A DNA stretch of 32,775 bases from Patescibacteria group bacterium (GTDB lineage Bacteria; Patescibacteriota; Minisyncoccia; Minisyncoccales; PWPS01). The translations under genes and the position numbers were made by a program. The notes below the pieces were generated by a model that ran no database searches, had not been told where the DNA came from, and saw only the letters and a program-made list of their open reading frames with translations. Shown here piece by piece: positions 8,977-16,740 of the stretch (position 1 is the first letter of the stretch; every line of letters starts with the position of its first letter). The stretch is taken from positions 1 to 32,775 of the forward strand of contig JAYEKQ010000044.1 in assembly GCA_034661095.1 (NCBI GenBank), written 5' to 3'.

Positions 8977-10598
8977 AATTTGTTTAGTGATCTAACCACC
9001 TCCTTAAGTTCTAAAGAATTTACTAACTTTAATGCCAAAAAATACATCACTCCTCCAACTAAAACTGAAATAGAAGTCGTAAGTAAAACTGCGAAAAAAG
9101 TGGTTAAGTGAAAAATATTTTCAATAAAAATTCTTGTTATATAAACAAAAACTCCCATTACTAACGAGGCAAAAACAGTTCTAATAATACAATTCTTTAT
9201 TCTTGGATTATAAAAATCAACCATCTTTTTCTTGAAAAAGTGAACAAGAAGAATCAGGTGTAAAATAGATGAAACAAAAATTGATAATGGAAAAGCAACA
9301 ACTTCAATCTCTTTTATTGATTCTAATCTTAAAACAAGTGACAAAAAGTCGTTAAACACTCCCCCACTTTGAATAATCCAGATAAAGAAGAAGGCAAGAA
9401 TAATGTTAGTTCCCATCGCAAACAAAGAAATTGCCACTGGTGTTTTTGTGTCTTGAAAAGAGAAAAAAGCGCGAACAATAATGTGAATAATTGCTCCCGC
9501 AAAGAATGCAAAAGAAAAAATACCAAGACAAGCAGCAGTAAGTTGTGTTTCTCTCCATCCAAAATTTTCTACTCCTAAAACAAGACGAACAATGTGAGCA
9601 CGAAGAAGAAAAACAATAACACTTGCTGGAATTATAAAAAATAAAACTTGGCAAATTACTTTTGAAAAACTTTCTGCAAACTGTTTTTTCCGTTTTTGAG
9701 CGACGGAACGAGAAAAAGCAGGAAAAGCAGCAATAGCAAAAGCAACACCAACAATTCTTATTGGAAAAGATTGAAAATTATTAGCAAGATTGAAAATAGA
9801 AATACTACCAGCAGTTAGCAAAGATGCCAACGCAGTAATAATAATAATGTTTATCTTTGCTGAAGCCTGTCCAATTATTCTTGGAATCATTAGAAAAAAA
9901 ACTTTATGAAGCTCTTTCTGTTTCAAATCAATAAATGGTTTATATGAAAAACCAGCAAAATATGCTGGGGGAATCTGAACCGCTAAGTGCAAAACAGCTC
10001 CAAAAATAACTCCATACGCTACTCCAACAAGTCCAAAGTGAGGAGCAAGAAAAATAATTCCTGATATGATTCCGATATTGTAAAATATCGGAGCAAGTGA
10101 GTATGCTAAAAATCTTTCAAAGTATTGCAAAAAACCAGAAAATAAACTTGATGCCCCTAGAATAATCGGACTAGCAAGCATTAACCTTGTTAGAAAAATT
10201 GTTTCTTTTAGTTCTTCCCCCGAAAAACCAGGAACAATAAATTTTATAATAAAAGGAGTTATAAAAAAAAGAACAGCGCAAATTAAAAAAAGTACTACTA
10301 AAAGAACATTCATTATATTGCTCGCCAATCTTAATCCTTCTTCTTTTGATTTTTCAAAAACACTTGAAAAAACAGGAAGAAAAACAGCAACAATTCCTCC
10401 AGTTATAAGTATTCCGTATATAAAATCAGGAATTCTGAAAGCAGCAAAATAAACATCAAGTTCTCCAACTGGAAAGTGAGTTACTAAAAGACGATCCCTC
10501 AATAATCCAAGAACGGCACTTACTCCTGTTGAAAAAGCAATTAGTACCGCTGAAAAAGTTATCGTCTTTGATCGTAAATTTATAATTTTTTTTATCAT
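8973..10598 (-). CDS. murJ: Lipid II flippase MurJ (MviN family)
   Basis: Polytopic MviN/MurJ-like protein. I start it at MIKKIINLRSKTITFSAVL (ATG 10596-10598), because the tracked N-terminal extension to 10679 runs into the RNase P RNA gene. It overlaps the lepA start by 4 nt. Confidence 0.85.
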   Translation of the reverse strand: MIKKIINLRSKTITFSAVLIAFSTGVSAVLGLLRDRLLVTHFPVGELDVYFAAFRIPDFIYGILITGGIVAVFLPVFSSVFEKSKEEGLRLASNIMNVLLVVLFLICAVLFFITPFIIKFIVPGFSGEELKETIFLTRLMLASPIILGASSLFSGFLQYFERFLAYSLAPIFYNIGIISGIIFLAPHFGLVGVAYGVIFGAVLHLAVQIPPAYFAGFSYKPFIDLKQKELHKVFFLMIPRIIGQASAKINIIIITALASLLTAGSISIFNLANNFQSFPIRIVGVAFAIAAFPAFSRSVAQKRKKQFAESFSKVICQVLFFIIPASVIVFLLRAHIVRLVLGVENFGWRETQLTAACLGIFSFAFFAGAIIHIIVRAFFSFQDTKTPVAISLFAMGTNIILAFFFIWIIQSGGVFNDFLSLVLRLESIKEIEVVAFPLSIFVSSILHLILLVHFFKKKMVDFYNPRIKNCIIRTVFASLVMGVFVYITRIFIENIFHLTTFFAVLLTTSISVLVGGVMYFLALKLVNSLELKEVVRSLNKL

Positions 10599-10608
10599 AT
10601 CCGTACCC

Positions 10609-11010
10609 TTAAGTCCAAGCAGGATCGTAAGCCGAATTCTGTTACCTTGAGAGATCTCTCTCTGCAAGACGGCAATCATTTATCTGGGATTAGTGTTACC
10701 ACTAACCTCTAGCGGATTACCCTACTAATCTTGATTAGTATGTTTACCCTTGCACCCAGGTAGGAATTTAGCCGTTTCAGCTGGATCTTTAATATAACCC
10801 AGATCACCTCACTAAAACTCTTTCAAGTTTCGCAAGGTGCCTTGATTCTTACGAATCTAGGCGTTTCTGTTCGCATCCCTAATCTCACGATCGACGGGAA
10901 TTACCCGCTACCCTTTTAAGGTGACCCCACCTTAATGAGTGTTCGGACTTTCCTCTCTCATGGGGTATAAACACCCCAAGAAAGCAATTGCCTCGCCTGC
11001 TCGGACTTAA
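10609..11010 (-). ncRNA. rnpB: RNase P RNA, bacterial type A
   Basis: Minus strand carries GAGAGGAAAGTCCGAAC (P4 5' strand) and GGTAACAGAATTCGGCTTAC (P4 3' strand). It also has AAAGGGTAGCGGGTAATTCCCG and a P1 pairing of AAGTCCGAGCAGG with CCTGCTTGGACTT. The region is visibly more GC-rich than its flanks. Confidence 0.9.
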
Positions 11011-11072
11011 AAGTGCGGAACAACCCAATTATACTGACACAAACAAGCACTTCTATCAAGGTTAAAACACTT

Positions 11073-11255
11073 CTACATCTCCGTCTGATTCACTAAAAAA
11101 TAAACAACATAAACACTGAAAACAACAAATACGAACAGTAAAAAATACAAGTAATCAGAAAAAAAATCATGCCACTGAACTCCAACAAAAATTCCTAAAC
11201 AAAGAACAGCCACTTCATAAATAAACAACTGCCACCAACTAATTTTAAAATTCAT
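11073..11255 (-). CDS. Hypothetical small membrane protein (60 aa, two predicted TM segments)
   Basis: ORF only. It has two hydrophobic stretches and no recognisable family. Confidence 0.3.
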   Translation of the reverse strand: MNFKISWWQLFIYEVAVLCLGIFVGVQWHDFFSDYLYFLLFVFVVFSVYVVYFLVNQTEM

Positions 11256-11264
11256 AAATCATCT

Positions 11265-11295
11265 CCCTATGTCCATCCCCAGGTTGGACATAGGG
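11265..11295. repeat. 11-bp-stem hairpin (ccctatgtcca / tggacataggg)
   Basis: Perfect inverted repeat just downstream of the CAP-domain gene stop. The T-rich run (gtttatttt) is on the plus-strand side. Confidence 0.6.
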
Positions 11296-11297
11296 GT

Positions 11298-12131
11298 TTA
11301 TTTTAAACCTTTGCTTCTTAAGCATTCTTGTCTTTCTTTTACCTTTTTATTGTAGTTATTTATCATCTGAGTTATCTCATTTACTATTCCATTGTATTCT
11401 ACTATTGAGTTGTCGCATCTTTCTGCTTTTTGATTATACTCTTCTCCGGTCTTATCTTCCATATTATCAATTTCAATTTTCAACTGGTCTATCTCATCTT
11501 TTAATCCCTTAACAATGTTTCTTTTTTCTTCTATTGCAACTTCTAACTGATCATCTACGACTGGACAGATTGAGAAAGGAGCCCCAAAAACCTGAACTGC
11601 AATCCATGTTTCTCTTCCTTCATAATAATCTTTTTTAACTGCAACTCCGATCTCAGTATAAACTTCATTTAGTATATTTTCTCGGTGGCCATCACTGTTC
11701 ATCCATGCTTCAAGTAGTTCTTCATCATCTTCATAAGGACCAATTGCTAAGTTGTCTCCAATAAAAAGATACTCATACCCTTCTTCTTTGGCAATGTCGT
11801 TAACTCCGTCTCCGTCAGGTGATATGTGAGCAAAATACCCTTCTCTGAACATATTTTCTAGCTTTAACATCGCTATTCTGTTAAGATCTTCGTTTTCTTG
11901 AAGAGTATTCATTAAAAAAAGCTCTCTCTGTTTGTTTGTTTCCGTTACCACTCCATTATGAGTTAAAAATCCCTCTTGATCAGTGCTTCCTTTTACAATC
12001 GGAGAAAGAAAAGATGGTTCTCCTATTTGATTTTCATTTTTTTCACTCGTACTTCCTAAAAAGAAAAATAATACTCCTGTCAAAACAACAAAAGTTGTCC
12101 ATAAAAAAACAGATCTTGTTTGGATATTCAT
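11298..12131 (-). CDS. Membrane-anchored CAP/SCP (YkwD-like) domain protein with C-terminal coiled coil
   Basis: N-terminal TM, then a CAP-domain-like core (GYFAHISPDG, WMNSDGHRENILNEVYTEIGVAV). Confidence 0.7.
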   Translation of the reverse strand: MNIQTRSVFLWTTFVVLTGVLFFFLGSTSEKNENQIGEPSFLSPIVKGSTDQEGFLTHNGVVTETNKQRELFLMNTLQENEDLNRIAMLKLENMFREGYFAHISPDGDGVNDIAKEEGYEYLFIGDNLAIGPYEDDEELLEAWMNSDGHRENILNEVYTEIGVAVKKDYYEGRETWIAVQVFGAPFSICPVVDDQLEVAIEEKRNIVKGLKDEIDQLKIEIDNMEDKTGEEYNQKAERCDNSIVEYNGIVNEITQMINNYNKKVKERQECLRSKGLK

Positions 12132-12140
12132 ATTTTTTAA

Positions 12141-12176
12141 TTTCTAAAGATTGTTTAGTTTATATCTTCCCACCTT
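12141..12176 (+). repeat. Extra partial copy of the 3' arm of the 270-nt element
   Basis: tttctaaagattgtttagtttatatcttcccacct is about 31/35 identical to 12411-12446. It abuts and is complementary to the element's 5' arm. Confidence 0.7.
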
Positions 12177-12446
12177 AGGGTGAGAAGACATAAGCTAAAT
12201 AATCTTTAGCGAAATCAATTTTATTCATATTCAAGGTGCGAGGAGTGGAGCGATATGACAATATCGTGAACAACGAGCAACGCAGAATATGGATAAAATT
12301 GATCCGCCCTACGGGAAGCTCAAAAATATGCTGTCTGCTTCGTTTCTTCTCCTCAATGTAGCTAGACGCTACCTTTCGTCGTCGTGCCTCGCATACAGTA
12401 TATTTTTGAGCTTCTAAAAATTGTTTAGCTTATGTCTTCCCACCCT
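12177..12446 (+). repeat. Structured ~270-nt non-coding element, copy A (candidate ncRNA or MITE)
   Basis: Homologous to 28895-29161 in the opposite orientation. Terminal ~26-bp stem pairs 12178-12204 with 12418-12445. P2 pairs 12217-12233 with 12285-12301. P3 pairs 12315-12334 with 12395-12414. Internal hairpin at 12251-12266. Confidence 0.75.
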
Positions 12447-13175
12447 TATCCTTTTAAGAGAATAAAGGATAGCTCCTGAGTTTAATAATCTTCCTGTTCT
12501 ATCGGCAATGCTCCTTATATAGCAACCACTAGAACAATGAACTTTAATTTTAATAATTAAATACTTTTTGTTATCTTCTTCTTTCTGAAAAACATTTCTC
12601 CACTTTTCAATTATCTCTTCTTGACGAAAATCACCCTTAACGCTTCTTATTTTTTCTTCTATCTTTTTTTCTAAAAATTTCTTTTCTACTTTTATCTTAT
12701 CTAAAATTTCCAAAGAGTAAATAGCAGTTTTTTTGTCAGGAAGTTCAACTTCTTCTAATCTTTCTTGTCGAGCCCACCAAAAAAGAGGTTTTCCTTTATA
12801 CCTGTAGCTTGAAAAAAATGGTGGCTTAAAAATAAAATCACCCTCAAAGCTTTTTAAAACTTTTTCAACTTCTTCTTCTTCTTCAAAAAAGTCTTTATCT
12901 TTTTTTTCAGCAATGCCAAGTATGTCAAAAGAGTCAGAAGAGAAGCCAAAAAGAACTTCCGCTTCATACTCTTTGTCAAGTTTTAAAAAGTGTTTAAACT
13001 TTTTTAAACTATCTCCAACTATAATTAAAATAACTCCCTCTGCCATCGGATCTAATCTTCCCGCATAAGCAATTTTTTTATCTTGAAACTCAGGGTGTTC
13101 TTTTTTTAGTTTTTTTATAACATCTAGTGGAGACAATCCTATTGGTTTGTATAATGGAAAAATTTCTTTAGTCAT
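12414..13175 (-). CDS. truB: tRNA pseudouridine(55) synthase TruB
   Basis: YAGRLDPMAEGVILI catalytic-Asp motif and TruB-family layout. The last ~10 codons are encoded by the 3' arm of the 270-nt element. Confidence 0.85.
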   Translation of the reverse strand: MTKEIFPLYKPIGLSPLDVIKKLKKEHPEFQDKKIAYAGRLDPMAEGVILIIVGDSLKKFKHFLKLDKEYEAEVLFGFSSDSFDILGIAEKKDKDFFEEEEEVEKVLKSFEGDFIFKPPFFSSYRYKGKPLFWWARQERLEEVELPDKKTAIYSLEILDKIKVEKKFLEKKIEEKIRSVKGDFRQEEIIEKWRNVFQKEEDNKKYLIIKIKVHCSSGCYIRSIADRTGRLLNSGAILYSLKRIRVGRHKLNNF

Positions 13176-13183
13176 TAACTATT

Positions 13184-13867
13184 TTAATCGTTAATTACTG
13201 CCCTAATTCCAATCCTTCCTTCAATACTTCCTGGAGGCCAACAAGTCATAACAACTAACTCTTTTTTGTTTTCTTCATGGAAAATAGAAACAACATCTTC
13301 TCCCACTTCATATATCTCTTTTCCAATCTCTTCATCAATAACAGTGTAGTTATGTATTTTATTGTTATAACAAATCTCTATAACATCTCCCTCTTTCAGT
13401 TTATCTATCTCAGTAAAAATACGATCATATCTAATATCAGGCCATCCTGAAGGAGCAGAATGTCCTAAAAGAATAGACAACCCTTCTTCTCCCGGATAAG
13501 CAGAGTAAGAAAAATGAACTACTCCTCTGTTTAGTGCTTCTTTGTAACCACTACCATAAGGACTATAACTCTCAACAACCGGCGCTTGAATAGAGATAGC
13601 GTTTATTGTTACCTGATTTTCATCACAGTGATTATTTTCATTCTCGTCTTCGCCCTCCTCTTTTTCTGTTTCTTCTGCTTCAAATTCATCTTTAATACTA
13701 CTAATTTTATAGTGAACAATATCTGGAACAGATCTAATAAAAACAGGAATTTTTAGCATTTGATTAAAGTTAACAACAACCATAAAAAAAATAAAGATAA
13801 CCATTAGTATCCTTGCAAGAATTTTATCTTTTTTCGTAAAAAAGTTTTCTTCTTTTTTCGTACTCAC
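13184..13867 (-). CDS. Sortase family transpeptidase (GTG start)
   Basis: N-terminal TM, LLGHS histidine motif, VVMTCWPPGS catalytic-Cys motif and a downstream Arg (RIGIRAV). Confidence 0.75.
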   Translation of the reverse strand: MSTKKEENFFTKKDKILARILMVIFIFFMVVVNFNQMLKIPVFIRSVPDIVHYKISSIKDEFEAEETEKEEGEDENENNHCDENQVTINAISIQAPVVESYSPYGSGYKEALNRGVVHFSYSAYPGEEGLSILLGHSAPSGWPDIRYDRIFTEIDKLKEGDVIEICYNNKIHNYTVIDEEIGKEIYEVGEDVVSIFHEENKKELVVMTCWPPGSIEGRIGIRAVIND

Positions 13868-13873
13868 ATTATA

Positions 13874-13902
13874 ATTATAGCATTATTTATAAGATTTCGT
13901 AA
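13874..13902 (-). promoter_or_regulatory. Promoter TTACGA-N17-(TGc)TATAAT for the sortase-truB unit
   Basis: Minus strand reads TTACGAaatcttataaataaTGcTATAATtataatGTG. A second TATAAT abuts the GTG start. Confidence 0.45.
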
Positions 13903-13910
13903 TACATCAG

Positions 13911-13960
13911 TTCCCCGAGGGTCTTCCCCGAGGGTCTTCCCCGAGGTCTCACCTCGGGAA
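13911..13960. repeat. Tandem 13-nt repeat ending in a CCCGAGG hairpin
   Basis: ttccccgagggtc occurs twice, followed by ttccccgaggtctcacctcgggaa. The hairpin cccgagg tctca cctcggg spans 13940-13958. Its loop is the reverse complement of the loop at 23020-23038 and 31807-31825. Confidence 0.8.
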
Positions 13961-13972
13961 ACTGCGATAAAG

Positions 13973-14422
13973 TTAAAATAACTTGTTATCTTCTTGCTTC
14001 TTCTCATCGTCTAGTACTTGATTAACCATACGATCAGCGTCTTTGTTTTTACTTCTAACAACATGCTTAATTTTAAAACTTTTAAAATTAAGGCGAGCGT
14101 TCCAAAGTTTAAGAAATAGTGGTTGTAGTTTCTCATTCTCAACCTTATATTTTCCTTGCATCTGCTTTGCCAAAAGCTCTGAATCAACGCAAAGCGTTAA
14201 TTCTGCTTCTTTGGCGAGTCGCTTTCCAAAGGATGCTTTAAATTTTTCCAATCCAAAAATAGCGGCCATATATTCTGCTTCGTTGTTTGTTAGATTGTCG
14301 CCTAGATACTTTCCATACTCTTTCATCTTCTCTCCTTTTTCATTGCAAATAACTGCTCCTGCTCCTGCTGGACCAGGATTTCCTCTTGCGCCCCCGTCAG
14401 TAAATATAATTATTTTTTTCAT
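13973..14422 (-). CDS. rnhA: Ribonuclease HI
   Basis: FTDGGARGNPGPAGAGAVI, NNEAEYMAAIFGLE, DSELLAKQMQGKYKV and NKDADRMVN carry the DEDD residues. Confidence 0.88.
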   Translation of the reverse strand: MKKIIIFTDGGARGNPGPAGAGAVICNEKGEKMKEYGKYLGDNLTNNEAEYMAAIFGLEKFKASFGKRLAKEAELTLCVDSELLAKQMQGKYKVENEKLQPLFLKLWNARLNFKSFKIKHVVRSKNKDADRMVNQVLDDEKKQEDNKLF

Positions 14423-15531
14423 ATATATAGGGAGTTATTAATCAAACACTTTTTAAATTCTTCTAAATTATCTTCTTTTAATCTAAACCCAGCAGCTGGA
14501 GCGTGTCCTCCAAAGTTTTCTAAAAGATGTTTGCACTTCTTCATCATATCAACAGCATCATCTCCAAAAGGAACTCTAACTGAACCACGAGCATATCCAT
14601 TTTCAACAATATATATAAAAACTGGCTTCTTGTGTTTTCTTATTACTCTTGTTGCTACTGTTCCCGTTAGAAAAGGAGGAAAGTTTCCTTTCATAAAAAT
14701 AATCGGTTCATCTGGTAAAATTTCTTTTTCTATTTCTTCTTCTGCCTTTTTTATAAGAATCTGCCTTTCTTTATAGTAATCTTTTAATTCTTCTGCTATT
14801 TCTTTTGCTTTCTCTTCTTTTTTTTCTATTAAAAAATGATACCCAGTAGTTGTTTTTTCAAGATGCCTTGTGTTGTTTAATAAAAAAACCGCTTTCTCAA
14901 TAAGTTTCTCTTCAGAAAGATTTTTCTTTAAGATTTTTAACCCTAAATTAACTGGATTTTTTAATGATTCAAGTCCCTTTTTAATAATTTTAAGATTATC
15001 TCCTTCTTTTGGCATCATATCTGCAAATGTAGCAAGAGTGGTTAACTCCAAAAATTCTCTTTCTTTTTCAGAAAACTTTTCTTTTAATATCTCCTTAGAT
15101 AACTTATAAACAATTCCTGCGTTCGCCATCTTCTTGAAAGGATAATTGTCATCTTCCTGCATCGGATCAAGTATCAACGATGCTTCTGGAAGTCTATCGT
15201 GGGTTTGGTGATGATCAATAACAATAACTTGAAACCCACTACTGTTTGCTTTTTTCACTCCCCTAAAATTTGAGATTCCACAATCCATCGTGATAAGAAG
15301 CGCTGGTGCTTCTTCCTTGATTGAATTCACTGCAACTTCAGTTAATCCTCTTCCTTCTTTCTCTATGTTATTGTTATAAACAACGCTCTTTCCTCCCAAC
15401 AAAGCGATACTTTTCTCTAACATTATCGCTGAAGTAATCCCATCTAGATCAGAATCAGAAAAAAGAACAATTTTTTCATTATTCTCCACCGCCTCCCTTA
15501 TTCTACAAGAAACTTCCTTTAAGTTTTTCAT
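14419..15531 (-). CDS. DHH/DHHA1 phosphoesterase, RecJ-like (short, 370 aa)
   Basis: DSDLDGITSAIML, LITMDCGISN, VIVIDHHQ and GGHAPAAGF motifs. Its stop overlaps the rnhA start by 4 nt. Confidence 0.8.
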   Translation of the reverse strand: MKNLKEVSCRIREAVENNEKIVLFSDSDLDGITSAIMLEKSIALLGGKSVVYNNNIEKEGRGLTEVAVNSIKEEAPALLITMDCGISNFRGVKKANSSGFQVIVIDHHQTHDRLPEASLILDPMQEDDNYPFKKMANAGIVYKLSKEILKEKFSEKEREFLELTTLATFADMMPKEGDNLKIIKKGLESLKNPVNLGLKILKKNLSEEKLIEKAVFLLNNTRHLEKTTTGYHFLIEKKEEKAKEIAEELKDYYKERQILIKKAEEEIEKEILPDEPIIFMKGNFPPFLTGTVATRVIRKHKKPVFIYIVENGYARGSVRVPFGDDAVDMMKKCKHLLENFGGHAPAAGFRLKEDNLEEFKKCLINNSLYI

Positions 15532-15580
15532 TATAAATAATAATAAATTTTTAATTTTTAAATGTTAAACTACAAACTGG

Positions 15581-15601
15581 ATTCCCAGTCAAGCTGGGAA
15601 T
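15581..15601. repeat. Hairpin attcccag tcaa gctgggaat downstream of pgk
   Basis: Inverted repeat. Related arms (tcccag ... ctgggaat) occur at 25769-25812. Confidence 0.6.
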
Positions 15602-15613
15602 GACAGTCAATGG

Positions 15614-16684
15614 TCAAGCAAGTGCTTTTATTCCTGGCATTTGTTTTTCAGTTAGATAAGCCAGCATCGCTCCTCCTCCAGAAGAAACTAGATCCATCTT
15701 ATCAACAACTTTTAATTTTTGCAAAGCATAATTTGTTTCACCACCACCACAAACCTTAAATGCTGATGAATTACTAGCAATATATTTTCCAATCTCTTCT
15801 GTTCCTTTGTGAAAAGGTTTTTTTTCAAAAAATCCAAGAGGTCCTGCCCAAATAATAGTTTTTGCTTTTTTAATAATATCACCATAAACCTTAACTGTTT
15901 CTGGTCCTATGTCAAAAATATCTTCATAATTTTGAACATCACTTACCGCAATTTTCTTTATTTTTCTCTTGTCATAAACAACTCCATCGGTTGGTAAATA
16001 AAGATTTTTAGAAGTGAAAAGTTTTGAACCCATAAAAGAGTTGGCAACCTTTCCTCCAAGAAGAACTGTGTACTTTTTTTTCAAAAAATAATCTATCGCT
16101 CCTGCTTTTGATTCAATTTTTGCTCCCCCAATCAAAACAACCACTGGTTTCTTGGGTCTTTTTATAATCTTATTCAAGGCATCAACTTCCTTCTCCATAA
16201 GAAGCCCCATTACTGACGGCAAAAAGAAAGGAATTTGAAAAATAGAAGCATGTTTTCTGTGAGAAACAGTAAAGGCATCATTTACAAAAAAATCACCTAA
16301 AATTGCTAGTTTCTTTCCGAAAGCTTTGCTATTTTCTTCCTCTTCCTTGTAATTACGAAGATTATTTAAAAGAATAACACTTCCTTCTTTCATATCTTCA
16401 ATTTTCTTTTCAACTTCTTCTCCAAGACAATCATCAGCAAAATAAACTTCTTTCTTTAAAAAAGAAGATAGTGCTTTTCTTATAGCAGAAGCACCTTCTT
16501 CTTTAAAGTGACTTATCAAGATAACTTTTCCTTTTCTTTTAAGGAGATACTCAATGGTAGGAACTGCTTGTCTTATTCTAAAGTCATCAGTTATTTTTCC
16601 TTTCTCATCTAACGGAACATTAAGCCCACAACGAACTAAAATTCTTTTTCCTTTTATTTTTTTTGAAATTTGTCTTAACTTCAT
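15614..16684 (-). CDS. pgk: Phosphoglycerate kinase (short, 356 aa)
   Basis: RCGLNVPLDEKGKITDDFRIRQAVPTIEYLL N-terminus and GGGETNYAL / SSGGGAMLAYL C-terminal motifs. Confidence 0.92.
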   Translation of the reverse strand: MKLRQISKKIKGKRILVRCGLNVPLDEKGKITDDFRIRQAVPTIEYLLKRKGKVILISHFKEEGASAIRKALSSFLKKEVYFADDCLGEEVEKKIEDMKEGSVILLNNLRNYKEEEENSKAFGKKLAILGDFFVNDAFTVSHRKHASIFQIPFFLPSVMGLLMEKEVDALNKIIKRPKKPVVVLIGGAKIESKAGAIDYFLKKKYTVLLGGKVANSFMGSKLFTSKNLYLPTDGVVYDKRKIKKIAVSDVQNYEDIFDIGPETVKVYGDIIKKAKTIIWAGPLGFFEKKPFHKGTEEIGKYIASNSSAFKVCGGGETNYALQKLKVVDKMDLVSSGGGAMLAYLTEKQMPGIKALA

Positions 16685-16708
16685 TTGTAAAGCTTCATAA
16701 TAAAGTTA

Positions 16709-16740
16709 TAAAAAAGTGACAAAGGTGCAACCTTTGTCAC
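16709..16740 (-). terminator. Intrinsic terminator ending the secD-to-ATPase unit
   Basis: Perfect 10-bp stem gtgacaaagg / cctttgtcac (16716-16740), followed on the minus strand by TTTTTTATAA. The ATPase TGA stop lies inside the stem. Confidence 0.8.

Noticed and set aside
10599-10679. N-terminal 27 codons of tracked ORF 8973-10679
   Set aside because: They overlap the 3' part of the RNase P RNA, including the conserved ACAGAATTCGGCTTAC. MurJ-like sequence begins at the internal Met (10598).
12177-12446. T-box leader, riboswitch, 6S RNA or tmRNA identity for the 270-nt element
   Set aside because: - **T-box:** there is no AGGGUGGNACCGCG T-box sequence and no aminoacyl-tRNA synthetase gene downstream.
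- **Cis-regulatory leader:** the two copies lie in opposite orientation to the neighbouring genes.
- **tmRNA:** there is no tRNA-like end.
- **6S RNA:** the fold is a three-way junction, not a single bulged helix.
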